This document shows positions 43,348 through 60,121 of a DNA stretch of 64,000 nt, piece after piece. Made by a program: the position numbers and the translations under genes. The notes below the pieces were generated by a model. The model was not told where the DNA came from, made no database searches, and saw nothing but the letters and a program-made list of their open reading frames with translations. Origin of the DNA: Octopus vulgaris (lineage: Eukaryota). The stretch's first letter is position 1. Every line of letters starts with the position of its first letter. The stretch is taken from the NCBI GenBank assembly GCA_951406725.2, contig OX597815.1, forward strand, positions 81,716,001 through 81,780,000, given 5' to 3'.

Positions 43348-43678
43348 TTTGAATTCCTTCCTATAATAGTATTGTATGACTTGAGGTGTTTGCCTTGCCT
43401 TAATGTTTGACGTCCTGTTTAAAACAATTATATATATATGTATATATATACAGAAGGGGAATGTTCTTTGTGTTGTTTGTCTTGTACTCTGTTTTTTCGT
43501 TGTTAAAAAAAGTCCGTTTCCTTGTTTTGTTTTTATGTTTTCGTTTCTCGTTGTGTTCTACGTTTTTTTGTGGTGTCCTGTACTCATATATGCATGTATA
43601 TATACATATAGATGTAGGTATGTACATATATGTATGTATGCATATGTTTTATTTATTAAATTGTTATTTTATATATAT

Positions 43679-43779
<101 letters not shown>

Positions 43780-44167
43780 CAGACATATGTATTTATATAT
43801 ACACACACACCCTTATACATGTATTGGCTATTTGCAACGTTAGCAGGATTAGAATAAAATAGCCATCAATGAATCTTACTTAATGCAAATACATCATGGA
43901 AGGCCAAATTAACTGTGGCATTCGTTTGGAGGCATTATCACTTATGGATGAACTGTGTTAAATAACACAACAGATATATCAGTAGCAGGTGAAAAGAGTA
44001 CAGCAGCGTTGGTGAGAACTCTAGAAGCGCTTTTCAGTCTTTCTGAACTTTGCCTGTAGCATATACCCACTGACAACCTCATTCTAAGACACAGAATGGT
44101 ATTTGCATCACCAGCCAGCTAGTAAGCCAGATATCAACATTCAGCTCTGTATTAAGGACTGGTTTAA

Positions 44168-44617
44168 CCCATTAACTGCCAATTTTTTAATTCATATTTT
44201 TTGGCTTTGCCAAGTCTATTAGTAATTCAAATAATATATAGTATCAACATTTTCTTCATATGTGAATAATTTTGGAAATTACGATAAAATTTTCGAAAAA
44301 TCCCAAATGGGGATCGTTGAAAAAAAGCATATTTATCCTTTGCTATTCAATTGTAATAATAAATGTTTTAGTTTTTCTGAAACTTTAGTATCAAATGCGA
44401 ATGTGTATGAAATATCAATGAATGATATAGATGGGAAATGCAAACACAAAAAGAGTTTTCAAAATGTTCTATATTTTTGTAGTTCAAAAATTGCGATTTA
44501 TGACATAAAGTGTCCTCTCAAATTAGCCAGAGCTAATAATAACAAACTTTAACTACTAAATATTGTTAAACACAACTCTTCAAATGCAATGTACACAAGC
44601 AATTCACAAGCAATGGG
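44168..44617. mobile_element. Possible non-autonomous piggyBac-like element
   Basis: TTAA|CCCATT ... AATGGG|TTAA; only 6 bp of perfect TIR. Confidence 0.45.
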
Positions 44618-44648
44618 TTAACCTGGAACAATGATAAATATATTAAAA

Positions 44649-44697
44649 ATATACTCCGCTTTGAATACTGAATTCAACTTGAGTTTGAAGAATCGCC

Positions 44698-44737
<40 letters not shown>

Positions 44738-44786
44738 GGCGATTCTTCAAACTCAAGTTGAATTCAGTATTCAAAGCGGAGTATAT
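44649..44786. repeat. Perfect 138-bp palindrome: 50-bp arms around (TA)19
   Basis: atatactccgctttgaatactgaattcaacttgagtttgaagaatcgccg-(TA)19-exact reverse complement. Confidence 0.97.
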
Positions 44787-45687
44787 AATTATTAGGGAAT
44801 ATTACTTCCGAATACACAGGAAAATGAAATTCAAATTAGATGTACTAAAATGAACATCTCTCAATGTTTAACTCGTATATATAAAATTAGTTTTAGAGAC
44901 AGAACCACCTTCATCTCAATCAACACTGAAAGATTTTATACCCGACCGCTCCATAAAATGCTAAATATTAAATCTCATACTAACTATATCTGTTCTGAAT
45001 CCCGTATTTTCCGTTTATAAGACTATACGTGTTTCATGAAAGTACGTCGGTATTAAGTAGATACGAGGTATCTCGTTTCAATGCTTAATCGGGTCGACAT
45101 ACACCCAATCTTCAGGTCTGGATTCTTCAACATTTTTCTCTGCTTCTACCTCTTATATACCTCCACTCCATGATACTCTATATCTTCAATATAATATTAC
45201 TTAACATATACAAATGAATAAAAATAGAAATAATAAATAAAAATAGTAACTGAATATCTAAAAATTTAAGGAGTGAAAATTTAAGGAATAAAAATTCTAG
45301 GAATAAAACGTTTAGGGAAAAAATTTAAAGAGAAAAAAATACGAGTAAAAATTACGAATAACGAATAAAGAATTGCAAATAAACAAATACGAAATAAAAA
45401 TGAAATAATAATGATGAAATAATAATGAAATAAAAATAGAGACGAAAATAAAACGAAATGTTAACTACAAATAAATGTCAGAAAGTTCTACAGGTGTTTC
45501 TACTCCTTTATTTAGTACTGTAGGGGGAACCGGAAATAAATGCATCACGGGAATAAGTCACCTCGCCACGTACTGAATTAGAAATAGACGCTAATGTCTT
45601 TTCAACTACCATAAAAATCTCCGAGACAATAACACTTTTTTATGTAGGTAAAAAGAAAAAAATTATGAATCCACACGACTTCGGTTA

Positions 45688-45749
45688 ACCACGGACGCGT
45701 TTCGAATTTAAAGTAAATTATATTTACCTATTATTCTCCTCAGTGTGAT
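45688..45749 (-). ncRNA. Hammerhead ribozyme motif, Penelope-type minimal form
   Basis: ATCACA CTGAGGA GAAT-[gtaaat ata atttac hairpin]-ATTC GAAA CGCG TC CGTGGT; GUC triplet, palindromic CGCG stem III, one mismatch at the base of stem I. Confidence 0.65.
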
Positions 45750-46029
45750 ACTCCGAGTTATAAATTTGCAAGTGTTAGGATTAAATATGTACGCGATCGA
45801 GCGTCATCGCATGAATAATATTCAACAGCACTCCCCAAAATATACAGCCGAATGTGATACATATTTACCTTTTATACCCACGTGGGCTTTACGACCTATC
45901 CCGCAGAAAAAACTGTAGTTTCGATCATGGAGTAAATTATATTTTTAATAATAATATAGTGCAAGATTAATGAATTAATAATTTTACCAAGTAATTCACC
46001 TTTTTATGTGAATTATACAAAATATTCAA

Positions 46030-46094
<65 letters not shown>

Positions 46095-46104
46095 GTATAT
46101 ATAT

Positions 46105-46281
46105 ATCTATCTCCGTCTTCCCTTCTTTGGATCTTTCCTTTTTCTATGTTTCTGACGAAGAGCTCCGTTCGAAACGTTAAATCCTCCTTCTTTCTCTCCT
46201 TTCCTGAGCGTCTAATAACACTATACTTGTTCCACGTCCTCGCGTTGTTGTGTTTTCTCTTTGTGTTTTTTATGTTTGAAT

Positions 46282-46290
<9 letters not shown>
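46105..46290 (+). mobile_element. Short hammerhead-motif-bearing element in (TA)n
   Basis: 46148-46182 GTTT CTGACGA AGAGCTCCGTTC GAAA CG TT AAAT; homologous to 7420-7620. Confidence 0.65.
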
Positions 46291-46313
<23 letters not shown>

Positions 46314-46719
46314 CTTACACACACAGAATCACACACTATACACTATAGAGGAAACAATAGATGCGTAGATCGATTCCCATTAGTAAAGATGCCGTTCTCT
46401 TTCGATCTCAGATACGTGCTTATATGCTTAAAATATCTAATATTTTTAATATTAAAAGGATATATATTTGCTGATTCATAACAGATCCATTCGCACACAT
46501 AAATTACATAGATACATCTACATATATGTATATGCACACACATATATTATAACATACACGTGCATGTTTACATTTAAATGTTGCTTGTTTATGCAGTATC
46601 TTACCGTTAGTTATTTTAATGTTTAATAAAATGGAAATGATATCACACACAGATACATACTTATGATGCATGTATTATATGCACACCAAATGTGTAGTTT
46701 GTTTAGCGAACTGCAACTT

Positions 46720-47182
<463 letters not shown>

Positions 47183-47412
47183 CTGATGCTCAGGTTGATG
47201 CTGATATTTTGTTGTAAAATTCGAGATATCTAAAATTCTCTTGTTTGTTTTGTTTATTTCAGCGTTTTTCAGTAACCTCATAACCTTTATATACAATCTA
47301 CGAGCTACCAGTCGGATACAGCTTGTCTATCCGCAAATCTAACCTATTCCGATTCCAGCAACAATCTGGGAAGGAACAAGAACAACAACGACAACAACAG
47401 CAATAGCAGCAG

Positions 47413-47447
<35 letters not shown>

Positions 47448-48159
47448 GTAGCACAGCCACCACCGCCAACAGACAACAGAGAAGAAAGAGAAAAGAAACA
47501 TGAAATATTTGGTTGTGATCCACTATAGCTGAAGTTATATATTTACCTATATATTTTCGACCTTTAAAAACTTCTCTGCTTGATCTAGCCTAGTTATTAT
47601 ATTTTGTGTTTTACAGCGTTTTTGATACAGTTGTTATTGTTGTTGTTGATTTATCCTCAGTGAGCTGTGATTTTGAGACTAGGTTACTGCTTACATGGAT
47701 CGTAGCAGACATTACCAGGAACCCAATGTGCCCAAGTCTCATTCTCATATTTCCTCATCATTAATTTAAGGAGATTATGGCGTTGCTTTAATCCGCTTTG
47801 GTTGTGAACTTTAACAAAAAGTGACTCTGGATATTCCATGAATATTTAAGAGCAAACATTCAAAATCGGTAAAAAAAAAAAGCCCTAACAAAGCATTTCA
47901 GCATTTAAAAGAAATAACGTCTTTTGTTTCTTTTCGGAGGAATATAGCATTTGTTTTTAATGGTTTAGTCAGAGGAGGAAGGGTAATGCCTGAGATGCTT
48001 TTCAGAGCCTTTGAGACTCGTGAGAGAATGGAGAAATTTATTATAAAACCGGAGACCTGGTTTGAACACATGGTGAATAAAATTTACTCAGCTAATCGCA
48101 ACAAGGATTCATGTAGTGGTGCTAAAGGATGTGGTACTGAAAAGTTGTTGGCTTTAAGG

Positions 48160-48346
48160 GTATTGCAAAAGGCCTGGTTTGAGGCCCAACATCCCGAGTT
48201 CTTCCTCAGAGTTTAGAAAAACTGAAGGATCGCTGCAATAAGTGTTTGAGTCTGAGAGGAGAATATTTTGAATAAAATCATAATTATCTTATCCTTCTGT
48301 ATTTTTCTTTTACCCAAAACCAAGAACTTTTCAGCACCTCCTCGTA
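48160..48346 (+). mobile_element. Mariner 3' terminal fragment
   Basis: KAWFEAQHPEFFLR/LEKLKDRCNKCLSLRGEYFE* (mariner C-terminus), then TIR-like aacttttcagcacctcctcg|TA. Confidence 0.75.
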
Positions 48347-49449
48347 CATTATACTAATTCATTACACCATCTTCAATATCTTTTAAAGACGCTCGGATAC
48401 GTAGCGTTCGACGGAAAATTAGCTGTCTTTTAAAACATGTCACAGGACCATCTAGCGGTTCCCAACTGGTGCAGTTGGATCTCAGATCAACCCTAACTGG
48501 GAAGTTTTCTGTGGAAAGACATTTAAGTGTTTCATATGTTTTTTAGACAGTGTTTCTAGGACTACATTATCAACATTATTTTGTGATGGCTGATAGATTT
48601 GGAAAAACAGTATCATATGTGTAAAACACACGTCAACAAGGAATGTGGCTTTTTTCATGACTGACATAAGACTTACTAAATATCCCTTCAAAAGCAGACT
48701 GTAACAATATGTGTAAGCATTCAGACAGCAAGAAAGACACTTTTCCACATCATCGACGAAACATATCCGAAATTTAAAGGATGATAATATTTATAATTAT
48801 AAATTCGAATCTTCTACCATGCATAATGCACCTCACTACGTTAACGCCAGAAGGTATGAATTTTGTTTCCCAGAGATGCATAGCTTTGTAGAATACATTT
48901 GCAGAATGCCATGCAGTGGTATCAAATCAAGAGTCATGTGGGTGCCAAACGAACTTCACACAGTCATGTCTGAGCCTATTTATGATTGTACCTACGCATG
49001 TATGTATGTTTGTATGTATGTGTATATATGTGAGTGTGTGTATGTATGAATCTATCTATGTGTTCGCGCGTGTTCTGGTGGATAGGTGTAAATGTATATA
49101 TTCGAGCACGTGACTGTTAACGAGAGGAGAAAACAAATTCAATACTAAAAGTAGAGCAGAGTATTAGATTTCATGGAAAGATGAAAATTTCCCTGATCAT
49201 TATTTCAGGTTACACGGTTCCGGTTTTTCGGACAAAACGAAGCAAAGGGAACATTAGGAATATATTAAAAAACAATCTGAAAAATGGATCAATACTAATT
49301 TGGAAGAAGTTTGCCTTCAGCTTTGGAAATAGGAAAAAATGATGGATCATAGAAATATACTAGTAAGGTATAAAAACAAACAAAAAAATAAGAAAAGATA
49401 AAAAATATAAATTGAAACACAAAGGAGGAGAAAAAAAGGAAATTAACAG

Positions 49450-49534
49450 TAATGATAATGATCATGATGACGATGACGATGACGATGATGATGACGATGA
49501 TGATGACGATGACGATGATGACGACGACGATGAA

Positions 49535-49566
<32 letters not shown>

Positions 49567-49573
49567 CGACGAC

Positions 49574-49605
<32 letters not shown>

Positions 49606-49612
49606 CGATGAC

Positions 49613-49650
<38 letters not shown>

Positions 49651-49705
49651 CGATGACGATGATGATGACGATGATGATGATGTTGACGATGATGGCGATG
49701 ATGAT
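49450..49705. repeat. (GAT/GAC)n microsatellite
   Basis: Read directly. Confidence 0.97.
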
Positions 49706-50348
49706 ATTGTAATAGAATGTTGACATGGATAGGCATAGACAGAGTAAAAAAAATGAGAAAATTATTTCTGAAGAAAAAAAAGAAAGAAAAAGAAAAGAAA
49801 AAGTAAACAGGAAAAAAACAAAACAAAAAAAAAAAACAAAGAAAAATAAACGAATGAATAAAAAGCGAGACGAGGAAATCTTCAAAAAGGACATAGAGCC
49901 TCTTAAAAGTATATATACTTTAAAAGATAAAAATCAAACCATTGCTGTGATATTTGATATGTATACACACACATACGAACCTACATGGAACCATACACAT
50001 ATCCACGCTTGTATGCAGGCAATGTATGTATTGGGTATATGTGTATTCAGGCACATGTGTATATAAACATACATATATGCTTGTATACACACACACACAT
50101 ATATATACATGCACATACGAACATATATGTGCGCATGCAAATATATGGATATACAAGCAACCAAACACAAACATACATACGCGCGTGTGCGCACATTCAT
50201 ATATATTTTATATGAGAAATTTGTCCCAGTCTTAAAACATGCGAAACCCCCCCAAAAAAACTAAGCGGTTTCAGCGTCAGACGCAGCCATTGAGGTGGAG
50301 TCTTGTATAAAAACAAAAAAATGTATATATATATACATACAAATAAAC

Positions 50349-50408
<60 letters not shown>

Positions 50409-50743
50409 CAAAATGGTGAGATGTTTTCGATTTCTCCCTTTTAATAGCTCCATGTCTCTTCTGAAGTTTTTTCTCATTTATCAGTTTTTCTGCGCGTGAG
50501 CGCGCGCGTGTGTGTGTATACATATATGGTTAAAAATTATACAAAAAAACATAAAAACGGAAACAGAAACAAGTGAGAGAGCAACAAACAGAGTGTATTA
50601 GTTTGACGCTCAGAAAAAAAAAAAAAGGAAAAAGTCATTGACGTTTCAAGCCTACGCTCTTCTATAGAAAGTACTAAGAAAAGAACGGATGAAAAGAGGA
50701 AATAAAAATGGAGACTAAAAAAACACACACATTTGGTTGCGCG

Positions 50744-50777
<34 letters not shown>

Positions 50778-51212
50778 ATTATGCAGATATAGTTATAGCA
50801 AAAGGGTATGGATAGGCAAACCAACATGCTTGAAATAGATGCTAATAGCCCAATAAACCGCATCTTATTTTACTCCGTTAGCACAGATTGAAAGTGGGCT
50901 AATGAATCAATCAGATTTTTAAAAGAATGGTTACTCACAGATCGATTTCTGGTTTAGGGAAGTAATTTTCCCATGCTGTCTTCAGTATGGGATGCAAACG
51001 AATATATATGTAGATGTTTATACATACAATATGGACTGGTAAAATCCACACGAATATGTACATACATCCACACGTATATACTATTTAAATATAGTTTCAT
51101 AACCACAAGCCACGTGCTTTTACGATCAAAATTATACTGCAGTAAATATAAATTGATCAGGAGTAATTATACATATTTATTTATGATTAATTAATTATAT
51201 ATATATATATTA

Positions 51213-51495
51213 TTCTTGTATTTGTTTGAGTCATTTGACTGCGGCTAAGCTGGAGCCCTGCTTTTAGTCGAACAAATCGACCCCAGGACTTATTCTATGT
51301 AAACCTAATGCTTATTCTGTCGGTTTCTCTTACGGAACCGCTAAGTTACGGGGACGTAAACACACCAACATCGGTTGTCAAACGATGGTGGGGGACAAAC
51401 GCAGACACACAAACACACACATACACACACATATATATACATACACACAGAGATATATATATACATACATACACACAAACACACACATACACACA

Positions 51496-51559
<64 letters not shown>

Positions 51560-51830
51560 GTTAATAATAAGGAGACCGGAAATATTTCACATCCATAATT
51601 TTATTTCACAGCTATTTACAACATCTTTTCGGGACCTACACGTATTTCAAGTGCAGTGACTGCACACTGTTGAATATGCAGCCTAGCCCGTTGTACGACA
51701 CAAGGAAAGTTGTGGCTAGCCGGCAGTTGACACCAACTTGAGAGGAAACACGGTTACCGCCAGGATAATAAAACACTTTAAACCTATTTTGATATATATA
51801 TATATATACATACATACATACATACATACA

Positions 51831-51897
<67 letters not shown>

Positions 51898-52195
51898 CCT
51901 TTTGAGTGCATTTGGTAGACGGGAACTGAAAGAAGACCATTGTATATATATGTGTGTGTGTGTGCGTGTGTGTTTGTAAGTGTGTATTTGTGTGTCTGTG
52001 TTTGTTCCCCCACCATCGATTGGCAACCGATGCTGGTATGTTTAGGTTTCCGTAATCTAGCGGTTCGGCAAAAGACACCGATAGAATAAGTACTAGGCTT
52101 ACAAAGAATAAATCCTGGGGTTGATTTCTTCGACAAAAGGCGGTACACTAGCATTGCCGCACTCAGATGACTGAAACAAGTAAAAGAATAAAAGA

Positions 52196-52197
<2 letters not shown>
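51213..52197. mobile_element. Two partial family-A SINEs in opposite orientation (51213-51420 -, 51893-52197 +)
   Basis: Match to the 3' part of 23261-23673. Confidence 0.8.
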
Positions 52198-52275
<78 letters not shown>

Positions 52276-53383
52276 CGTAGTTTGTATTATACAAGTGTAT
52301 GAATATACGTAGCGAAGTCATTTTGTCTTGCGATGAGTCTCATTCTTTGTAAACCCGGTACTACATTAAGGGTACGCGTGTCTGTGGGGTGCTCAGCCAC
52401 TTGCACGTTAATTTCACGTGCAAGCTGTTCTGTTGATCGGATCAACTGGAGCCCACATCGTCGTAACAGTACATATCATATTTGTGTATGAATATATGTA
52501 GCGATTTTATGGCGAGTGAAAATCGAATCATTTTGTTTTGCCATATGACTTATATTAACCATTCCGAGAAAATCTTTTACAAGCCTGTTTTAGCTGTTTA
52601 GATGGTACACACGAATATTTTCGTTTCATCATTGTCAAATGTTATATTCAATCCAATGAGAACTTTCACCAAATTTGGTATTTTTGCCAATCAAGAGGTA
52701 ATATTTATGTTCACTTAAACGTGAATGTTTTCTTAAAACAAACTATACTGCGGTAGTTATCATGATAGAAACTCTCGTATAGGCTTTTGATACCAAAATT
52801 CCTCAAGACCAAAAAAGGTTGAAATCACGTGATCTGGTTTTCTCGGCAGTGGAAGTAGCAGGTATTTATCTCCCCGCTGGCGATATAAACCAGAGTGCAT
52901 TTTGTACCAAAATCCAATACGAGAGCATTAGAGCAAGATAGTTTGTTCTAAGAGAACAAGTAGGGACAAATATCACCTCTCGGTAGTGATACTGCCTCTG
53001 TCACGAATATATATATTTTGCCAATTAGTAAGTACTAATCTGTTAATCTTTCAGCTATATCAGCAGAAACCAAAATCTGTTCAGCTTATTTTGAATGTAA
53101 TCAACAGCCACGATAAAGTCTATTATTTAACACTCTCACTCTTACGTCTAACCTTAACAGATTTCATTTCTTCTAGCTAAAATACGTACTTAGTATTTGA
53201 TGTTTCTATTTTCTGTTTGTCTTTATCTGCTCGTACTCACTTGAATATATTTTATTCTTTTACTTGTTTCACACATTAGACTGCAGCCTTGCTGGAGCCC
53301 CTCCTTATGTTTAATCAATCAAATAATCCGATACTTGTTTTAAGTTAGCCTGGGTCGGAAACTCGCCTCGCCGTTTTTCACAG

Positions 53384-54783
<1,400 letters not shown>

Positions 54784-55186
54784 CAACCGAGGTCTGTATG
54801 AACCTTGAGATCCACAGAAAATTCCATTCGTAAAATTTCATGTGCAATAAATTGCTTATACTTGTTTTAACATCTTTTTAATACAATTCCTTATAATATT
54901 TGATTATAAGACTATAATAAGATTTTTTAAAGCTCGAATGACTCTGAGGGCCCAACCGAGTGAAATAGGAATCGCAGGGGGCCATAGGTTAAGAATGGTT
55001 GAGAATCACTGGTCCACTTTTATCCTCATCTTAATGATCATTTAGGACACATGTTAGCACAGGGGGTCTATGACGTTCAGGTGTTTTAACACCCAGTATT
55101 ATGAGGTAGCCGTCTCCAAAGCGCTGTGACGCAGCGTGCTGACAAGCACTCAAAGAACATACATAGAGTATGTGTGGTCGATAATA

Positions 55187-56474
55187 TTGGGTTAAGGAAT
55201 AATTCCTGCGCGTTTGTTCTTCAAATTAAAACAAAATGCTTGCAGAAATAAAACGCATGGGCAAAGTGTTTTATGCTGTTTAAAAGATAATTTTTTGCTT
55301 TACAAGATAGTGTGTTTTGATTTTTTTAATTTTATTGATTTTTGTGTATTTTCAGATCATTAAAATGGAATGTCAAGTGGATAAAACTGAGTATTTTCGA
55401 AAACATTTGCTTTTTGCATTTAATCGAGTTATTAAGGCCACCGAAGTTGTTCGTGATATTTGTGCTGTGTATGGAGAAGGAGAAATGCCTCAAAATACCA
55501 CACGCCGTTGGTTTTCGCGCTTCAAAAATGGGAATTTCTGACCTCGAGAACGGATCACACACTGTCGACCATTTTAGTTCAATGAAGACCGATTGAATCA
55601 ATTTCTTCACGAAAGTCTACGTCAAAAGACCAGAACAGATGCACTGTGGTAAGAAAAGAAAAAAAATGTAGAGAACGTCCTTCACTCAATGAGCAAGGTT
55701 TAGAAACTCGGCGCTTGGGTACCACACTCTTTGAGCGAAAACAACAAAAAATCAACACTCCATAATCGCCGCTAGTTTACTCACATGACATCACTCAAAA
55801 CATGGTCACAAAGAACGTTTTCTTTACTGCATTGTCGCTGGCGATGAAAAGTGTTGCCTTTACGTCAATACGAAGCAGCAAAAGAATGGCTCAGCCCTGA
55901 CAAACAAGCGACTCTACGAGCAAAACAAGACCTCCGTCCTCGAAAGACCTTGTTGTGTGTACGGTAGGACTGGGAAAGCATAATTGATTACGAACTGCTT
56001 GAGTGCAACCAAATACTCAATGAGGAGCTCTACGTTCAACAACTGCACCGACTCAACGAAGCAATTCAGCAACAAAGACCGAATAGGCGAAATGGCGTTC
56101 TTCTACAATACGACAACGCCCGACTTCACATCGCCAATATGATCATAACTGCGAGTCAAGAACTCGAATGGGAAGTACTGCCGCATCCTCCATACTCTCC
56201 AAACTTGGTAGCGTCAGATTTTCATCTCTTTCTACCACTCTCGAAAGCTTTGTGCGGTGTATCATTCAATAATGACGCGGAATTGAGGGCTTGGTTGGAC
56301 GAATTCTTTGAGTCAAGACCGGGAGATTTCTATCGCAGAGGCATCGACAAAAATTATTGAACGATAGGAGGATGTTGTAAACAACAACGGAGAGTATATT
56401 ATTCAATAATATGTTGTAGTTTTATTTAAAATAAATTTGAAAAACAAACGCTTATGAATTATTCCTCAATCCAA
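55187..56474 (+). mobile_element. Full-length (1288 bp) mariner transposon with pseudogenised D,D34D transposase (55365-56409)
   Basis: TA|TTGGGTTAAGGAATAATTC...GAATTATTCCTCAATCCAA|TA; motifs WFSRFKNG, WVPH, AGDEK, YDNAR-34 aa-YSPNLVASDFHLF; multiple stops and frameshifts. Confidence 0.95.
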
Positions 56475-56496
56475 TATGTCTGTGTGTGTGTGCACG

Positions 56497-56552
<56 letters not shown>

Positions 56553-56559
56553 CATACAT

Positions 56560-56688
<129 letters not shown>

Positions 56689-57498
56689 GTATGTATGTAT
56701 GTATGTATGGTAATTATTCATGCTATCTTTCTAGATACCCATATGCATGAAAGCTCATGTCATGTTCACGTTTTACAGACTTATAACTCTTGCAAACCTA
56801 CTTGTTTGCACAAACCCAGAGTGCACACGAAGCGACACAAAAGCCAATCTAATTTACATCTGGTGCACACACCGTGCAGGCACTTAATCATACGTTTGCA
56901 CATAACACGCAAACTTCCATTTTTATTTTGGCTACTTGTCCGATAAATATCTTTATCATTCGTGATAGTAACTTTACAGCTTCATTCGGCGTTTGCCACC
57001 TGTTACTTAATGATTAGTTTTTAACTAGCAATTTAGCAAGTTTATGCAGATAGATAGGAATTTATTTATTTTTTTATCACGTGTATTGTTTCAGCTTATG
57101 AAAAAACAAGTTGCCTGCCAGTTATTTTTTGCTGGCTAAACAAAATATAGTTCATTTTGGATTCACCGTTAAGAAGTGTTTTATTTCAAAGAATCAGAAT
57201 TATGGCGAAAACTTACGATTGACTAAAGTTTAGTCAATTAAAAGTTTTGGCCAAGAAACTAATGTAGCCGTTTGAGTAATTTTTGGGGGTTTTGTTTTTG
57301 CCTATACCAAACATATATCATTATCTGTTCTGTCTTACTTAGCGGTCATAGGCAATTATGCCAAACTGTCTCATTTGTAACTTATTCTTTCCTAGGTGGA
57401 CTTAACCTTAGTCCAACATTTATAAAACAATTTTTACTAGCTCTAGTTTCCTCTTTACTGTTTTTTTTTTTTATCTGTTTGCACGTATTTAAATTTTA

Positions 57499-58596
57499 CG
57501 AGGGTTGACTGAATGAAGCGTTCATAGCCAAACTAAGATATTCTTATGGAATGTGACCGAATGAGATCTATTTTTCAGCATAGAATAGGGAGGGTGGTCA
57601 ATCATTTCAAGGCCACAGTCACGCACAACAGCCATTGAAGCCAAAGACTTTGTCTTGATGAGATAAAACCCCCTTTCGTGAGTTTCCCCGGGCGTTTGAC
57701 TTTGATAGCCTTTCGTAACTGCCTTAGCAAGTTGGCATGGTACTCTCCATTGATGGTTGTGGTCCTCTTGAACATAGTCAATAAACACAATGCCTTTTGC
57801 ATCTAAAAGAACTGAAGCCATCACCTGCCCTGCAGATGAAACTACGTTGACCTTCTTTGGATCAGATGAGGAGGAATGTTTCCACTGCATGGATTGTTTC
57901 TTTGTTTCTGGTTCAAAATGATGGACCCAACACTCGTCCTGGGTTAAGAAACGTTCAAAGAAGCCTGCTGGATCTGCTTCGAACAACGTCAAATATTTTT
58001 CTGTCATGTTGTCATCCTGGTGCGCTTTTGATTAGCTGTCAGAAGACATGGCACCCACCGAGCAGAAATGTTGGTCATGCCAAGTTCTTTGTTCAGAATA
58101 TTCTAAACTCTCTCACGGAATATACTAATAGCATTGGCTATTTGATTTATTGTCAATCGTCTGTCACCCATCACCATGTGGTGAACACAATTAATGTTTT
58201 CCTCGGCTGTCAGTTGCAGGATGTCCAGACTTTGGGTCATCTTCATGACTCTCCCTTCCCCTCCTAAATTCAGATACCCTCTTTTGCATTGTTGATGAAA
58301 GTGGAGTGTCATCCCGTAATGGAGCAACCATGTCAGCATGAATGTCCTTGGGGACCTAAACCCTTTTTGTGTGAGTACTTGATAACAACCACAATGCCAG
58401 TTTTTGCCTATTTGAAAGTGAAGTCTCTACAAGTTACTTTTGAAGTCTTCTTTGAACAGTCGGATATCAGTTTAACTGGGGGAAAAAATGCAATACAGTT
58501 ATTAATAAGTAGTGTGGAAATTAATGCATACAAGTTTTTTACAACTCTAGCAGCACTCCTTCTTAATGAGTCTATGAACTTTCCAGCCCACCTTCG
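57499..58596 (-). mobile_element. Internally deleted mariner (irritans/Himar-like) with both TIRs
   Basis: TA|CGAGGGTTGACTGAA... and ...TTCCAGCCCACCTTCG|TA; ORF with TQDECWVHHFEPETKKQSMQW, SAGQVMASV, TINGEY, HPPYS; second and third catalytic Asp regions missing. Confidence 0.9.
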
Positions 58597-59006
58597 TACA
58601 ACACATTATTCCATTGGATAATATAAAAGGATATGTATACATTTCTACAACATATTATCCAATCGAAGGTGCAAAGCATGAAAATTTCTGCGCACTTTCT
58701 TACAAATATATTTAAGTAAACTTTCCTTGACTGATGTAACTTCTAAATTCGAATTCCGTTCCTTTTTGAACTCATATAATCAAAATACGTCTTCGATAAT
58801 TTCTATGAAGCCAATCTGATCAACAGGCTGACATACTGAGAGAAGTTGTGAGGAAGAAAATTATATCCTTGGATTTCCTTCTTCTGACCCCTTTAAACAT
58901 GTCTATCTGAAAAAACAACTGTCTAAATTTTGACAATTTCATTTGTCAATAAAAGGAAAAGTTATATAAACCATTCTCGTTTGCTAACCCTTTCAACGAT
59001 TTCTTT

Positions 59007-59089
<83 letters not shown>

Positions 59090-59685
59090 GCATGCGCACG
59101 CACCCACACATAGAATACTACATTCCTCGAGGCATTTTTATCTTGCGGTTTACCAATTCTATCAGTCACCGATTCTTTTTAAAATAACCATTCTGCTCAT
59201 TGTGTTGATCCTCTGGAATTCTTTCCACGCCCATGTTTTTCCCCTGCATTCGTTGAACCACAGATGCTCAAGCGAACACCAAGCATATTCGTGTCACGCG
59301 TCTCAGAAGGCCAGCAACAGTCATCGGCGCTTTCCCCTTCCTCTAGAACTAAGACATGAAATGAAAAGAAATAAAAATTGTTACAAGGTAAAGGGAGTAA
59401 TGGGAGTAAAAATATCTACTTCGACGGAGATCTGTTTTTTTTTTGTCTATAAAGAAAAGGGACATAACTAAATTCTTGTGGAAGCGCTGTAAGTCAGTAG
59501 CTCCACCGATTCTCCCACTCTTGCAATTTTGTCAAGCACTATATGTGATTTCGGTCGTCGACAAAGGAGGTACTTTCCTACATAGAGCAGTGATGTCTTT
59601 ATCCCCACTTTTATGAAAGTGACACCAACATGGAGAAGACGTGCGTACGCGCGTGGATGTGCACACATACTCTCTTTCTCTCTCT

Positions 59686-59727
<42 letters not shown>

Positions 59728-59839
59728 ACACACGCACGCACACACACAATACAAATATACACTTGTACACAGACACGCACACACATATGTGTCGGTATGT
59801 GTATGTGTATTTTCTTTCTTAGGCTAAATTCTTTTACAC

Positions 59840-59891
<52 letters not shown>

Positions 59892-60029
59892 CCAAGCCAT
59901 AAACGAATAAAAAGAAAGGAAGAAAAAGGACAGAATAAATATACAAACAAACAAACAAAGGAAGGAAAACAGAATATTTGTCAGGGAGTGTAGGGAAAAA
60001 GATACCACCAAATCGTTGCCTACTGACCT

Positions 60030-60082
60030 ACTTACGTCCCCTTCAAACTGTCGCCTTTTTTTCCTTCATCACCAATTGTGTG

Positions 60083-60121
<39 letters not shown>

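Noticed and set aside
47235-47345. Plus-strand acceptor followed by a 26-codon frame
   Set aside because: Short, unrecognised, no partner exons; such tracts are common in AT-rich DNA.
47685-47900. Minus-strand frame with faint reverse-transcriptase-like words (FTDFE, SGLKQ)
   Set aside because: Similarity too weak to call by eye; needs a profile search.
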